Of a stretch of 64,000 nt of DNA, positions 60,940 to 64,000 are shown piece by piece. The stretch's first letter is position 1; every line of letters begins with the position of its first letter. Below the pieces are notes generated by a model. It had not been told where the DNA came from. It saw only the letters and a list, made by a program, of their open reading frames with translations, and made no database searches. Source of the DNA: Zootoca vivipara (lineage: Eukaryota); the NCBI RefSeq assembly GCF_963506605.1, contig NC_083288.1, forward strand, positions 45,570,001-45,634,000. The letters run 5' to 3'. The position numbers and the translations under genes are program-made.

Positions 60940-61748
60940 TGTTGGTGCTTTCATTAACAACTTTGCTCCCATGCTTTTGCTGACTCGGTTGTCCTTCTGT
61001 GGTGATAATGTCATAGACCATTTTTTCTGTGACTATGCTCCAGTAATAAAACTTGCCACCATCTTGCACATATACTCCATAAAAGGTCAGCAAAAGATAT
61101 TTCCAACCTGCACTTCTCACACCAGAGTCACATCCATCTTTTATGGCAGTGCAATATTCATGTACTACTTGCCCAGCCAGGAACGATCTTGGGATGTCCA
61201 GAAGGGAGTTGCAGTCCTTACCACCATTTCTAATCCCTTTTATTTATAGTCTAAGGAATTGTTGTTCGGTCCCAGCTCCTGCCAACCTAGCAGTTCGAAA
61301 GCACATCGAAGTGCAAGCTGCACGCCGGCTCCCTCGGCCAATAAAGCGAGATGAACAAGAATTATCTATAAACAAGATATGAAATGGGAGTTAAGATGTA
61401 ATTCTATGATGTTTAGTTAAGATTTGGAAATGTTATGAGTTAATTATAATATAATGGCAAGAAGGGGAAGTGAAGAATTTTGAAGAAATAAGATGTGATG
61501 ATATTGTTTTGCATTTTTGTATCTTTTTTCTTTTCTTTCGTTCAAATTTTTCGTTTCTATTTTTCTTTTTTCTCTATGTAAAATCCAATAAAAATTATTA
61601 TTATTATTATTATTTTAAAAAGCGAGATGAGCGCCGCAACTTCAGAATCGGTGAAAACTGGAGCTAACGGTAAGGGGTCCCTCTACCTTTTAAGGAATGA
61701 GAAGGTCAATGAAGCCTTCAAAGACTATCTGAAGAGGAGGAAATCTGA
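60940..61748 (+). pseudogene. OR pseudogene (subfamily B), 5'-truncated and internally deleted
   Basis: LSFCGDNVIDHFFCDYAPVIKL joined directly to ATILHI; SIFYGSAIFMY; the SLRN/EKV end is split by a SINE. Confidence 0.88.
61260..61690 (+). mobile_element. 5'-truncated Sauria SINE with a nested AT-rich LINE 3' tail (61355-61618)
   Basis: Outer TSD taaggaat; inner TSD aaagcgagatga; the insert ends AATAAA plus (TTA)n. Confidence 0.85.
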
Positions 61749-62227
61749 ACACGTGTGGTCTTTTTTACAAAGTGGCTAGCAAATTAGGGAGGCTGTAGGG
61801 TGATGGATTAGTGGCTGCAATGTTTGTAGTTGGTTGAAGACCCTTTCCTTAGGTACAAAGATACCGATCCCATCTTCCAACTGGCAACATCAATGCAACT
61901 ACAGCCTGTTATATGCCTAGGAAGGTTGTATGTAGGGCCTGAGTGCAGCAGCACACAGAAAGCAGAGTGGGGGCTAAGTATTTCTTCTCTCCCCTTTCAA
62001 CTTATTTCTTTTACAACAACCCCCCCTCTCAAATTATGGCAGAAATCCTTAGCAGTTTGTAATCAGTTTTACTTACTCTAAAAAGTCACTCATAAATCCT
62101 TCCTTTTCTGAGAGACAACTGGCCCCATGAAAGGGTGTGTCCAGCCCTATATAAATACAAGGAAAAAAACACATTTAACTGCATAATAAGGGTAAGTGTG
62201 TGACAGCATATCTATATATCTATGTTT

Positions 62228-62613
62228 CATGGGCGTACCCAGGATCAAAACTAGGGGGGGCAAGGGGAGGGGCCAAGGCACGGAAGGGGAGGGGCCACAA
62301 AGTGGGCGGGAACGGCGAACTCGCACTCCGCCGGGCTGTGCCCCTCCCTAGAAGCAGGGCTGGTGGGCGGAGGCGGAGCCCAGCCCAGCGGAGCACGAGT
62401 TCAGCGTTCCCGCCCACCGCGCCGCGCTCTCTGGTTCCCCGCCGCGCTTGGCCTTGCCAGAGGGCGCGCCGGGGAGCTGGAGGGAGGGTGCGGCGCGGCG
62501 CGGCGGGAATGGCGAACTCGCGCTCCGCCGGGCTGTGCTCCGCCTCTGCCCACCAGCCCTGCTTCTAGAGTAGGGCAGCTGCCCTAACTTGCCCCGTGGT
62601 GGGTACGCCCTTG
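62228..62613. mobile_element. GC-rich hAT MITE, young
   Basis: TIRs catgggcgtaccc / gggtacgcccttg, perfect 8-bp TSD ctatgttt. Confidence 0.9.
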
Positions 62614-63671
62614 CTATGTTTATCTGTTTGGCAGGACTATTATTTTTAAAGGATCAAATTGATGTAGAAACAGAATTAAGGCATGTGAATGAGATCTGAG
62701 CCAAAATCAGTAGATCTGCTTGTTCCTATTTCAATTACATACAGTACATTTACAATACTCCCCCCTCCCAACAAAAAACACCCCCAGATTTAAGGGGAAA
62801 TACTAGAGGGGGTGAATGCTTTTGAAGGAAGACAGCTGAAGGCAGCCCTGTATCAGGAAATTTTTAATGTCTTATGTTTTACAATTTTATATATATGCTG
62901 TAAGCGGCCCAGAGTGGCTGGGAAAACCCAACCAGATGGGTGGAGTATAATTTTTTATTGTTATTAATTATAGCAGAATTTGACCACTTTTGCTATTATA
63001 TTCATAGTATTCCCTCCCTTCCACCTGTGGTCCTTCAGGTACTGTGGCTCGACACCATTACACACTTTTTGAAATCTTAGAACTCTCTCACAACCATTTT
63101 GGGCATAAAGGCTTCTATGTACTCTGACTTCAAGCCACAGATGCCGAACATGGTGATTTTCTGGTCTGAGCTCCGTGATGGTTAGCAAAGCTGTTGTGCC
63201 AATTTTCTGCCACAATCCCATTGGCTCAGCTTGTGATTTTGGTAATACAACCATTGTCACAGTGCAGTCAGACTCTCTTTCAGGGCGGAGGCAGTCACAG
63301 TACAATGGACATGGTGAGATGAGGTATTACGGAGCCTGAGGCAAAGGGCATGATGTCACCTCCCCTTCAGGTACAGAAACTGCTTATACTTAATCTTAGG
63401 GTCTTGGGTTCAAGCCCCACACTGGGCAAAAATATCCTAGCATTGCAGATGTTTTGACTAGATGACCTTTGTGGTCCCTTTCAACTCTATGATTCTATGA
63501 CTCCAACTCTGAGTCAATGTACAAAACAGGAGGCAGAACTATATGCTTCCCTGGTCTGATCCAGGCAGGCTTGGCTTAACTTCGTAATAATGATGATAAT
63601 AATAATGATAATAATGCTACTTATCTATACTCCTCTTTTGCCAGCAGATAACTCATGAAAGTCAATACTTT

Positions 63672-64000
63672 ATGGACAACCAAACAAAGATCAATGAGTT
63701 TATACTGCTGGGATTCACTGAGAATGGCAAACTAGAGATATTTTTCTTTGTCCTTTTCTTAATCATGTACCTGATGGCTGTAATGGGAAACATGATCATT
63801 ATCACCATCACTCTCATGGATTTCCACCTCAAGACACCCATGTATTTCTTCCTCCGGAATTACGCCATCTTGGAAATTGGATACACCACTGCTGCCGTCC
63901 CAAAGGCGTTGTTCAACCTTGCATCTGGCAGGAAAACAATATCGTATGTTGGGTGTTTAAGCCAATCATTTTTCTATTTCTTTCTGGGCACCACAGATTT
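63672..64000 (+). CDS. Olfactory receptor (subfamily C), 5' part; runs off the window
   Basis: Manual translation MDNQTKINEFILLGFTENGKLEIFF...HLKTPMYFFLRNYAILEIGY...FFLGTTD is open to the window end and near-identical to 41527-42510; absent from the ORF track because no stop is reached. Confidence 0.9.
   Translation, partial: MDNQTKINEFILLGFTENGKLEIFFFVLFLIMYLMAVMGNMIIITITLMDFHLKTPMYFFLRNYAILEIGYTTAAVPKALFNLASGRKTISYVGCLSQSFFYFFLGTTD

Larger units (their letters stand above)
59283..64000 (+). repeat. Right arm of inverted segmental duplication
   Basis: Reverse complement of 42180-45905 with an extra segment at about 60750-62965. Confidence 0.9.

Noticed and set aside
1-64000. CRISPR array, rRNA or prokaryotic defence system
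   Set aside because: Eukaryotic sequence; no regularly spaced repeat-spacer array or rRNA similarity seen

Overview
Vertebrate (squamate) genomic DNA, most likely a lacertid-type lizard, inferred from Sauria/Squam1 SINEs, a Squam3-like SINE, BovB, CR1 and L2 content. The window is a dense class II (family-6-like) olfactory receptor cluster. It holds nine full-length OR ORFs, a tenth running off the right edge (63672-64000, missed by the ORF track), and four OR pseudogenes or fragments. The intergenic DNA is rich in transposons, several of them nested with recognisable target-site duplications (TSDs): CR1, L2, BovB, SINEs, hAT elements and MITEs, an internally deleted Ty1/copia element, solo LTRs and five DIRS/Ngaro-like repeats. 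There are no prokaryotic features. The most interesting observations are: (i) a covarying stem / U-rich internal loop / stem motif, ENE (poly(A) triple-helix)-like, conserved in four DIRS/Ngaro-like repeats; (ii) an inverted segmental duplication in which the promoter and first exon of a dead OR may have been handed to an OR of another subfamily; (iii) a tandemly duplicated homeodomain + O/E(EBF) composite motif; (iv) intact OR ORFs carrying a lost start codon or substituted hallmark residues. All alignments were made by eye and no database search was run.
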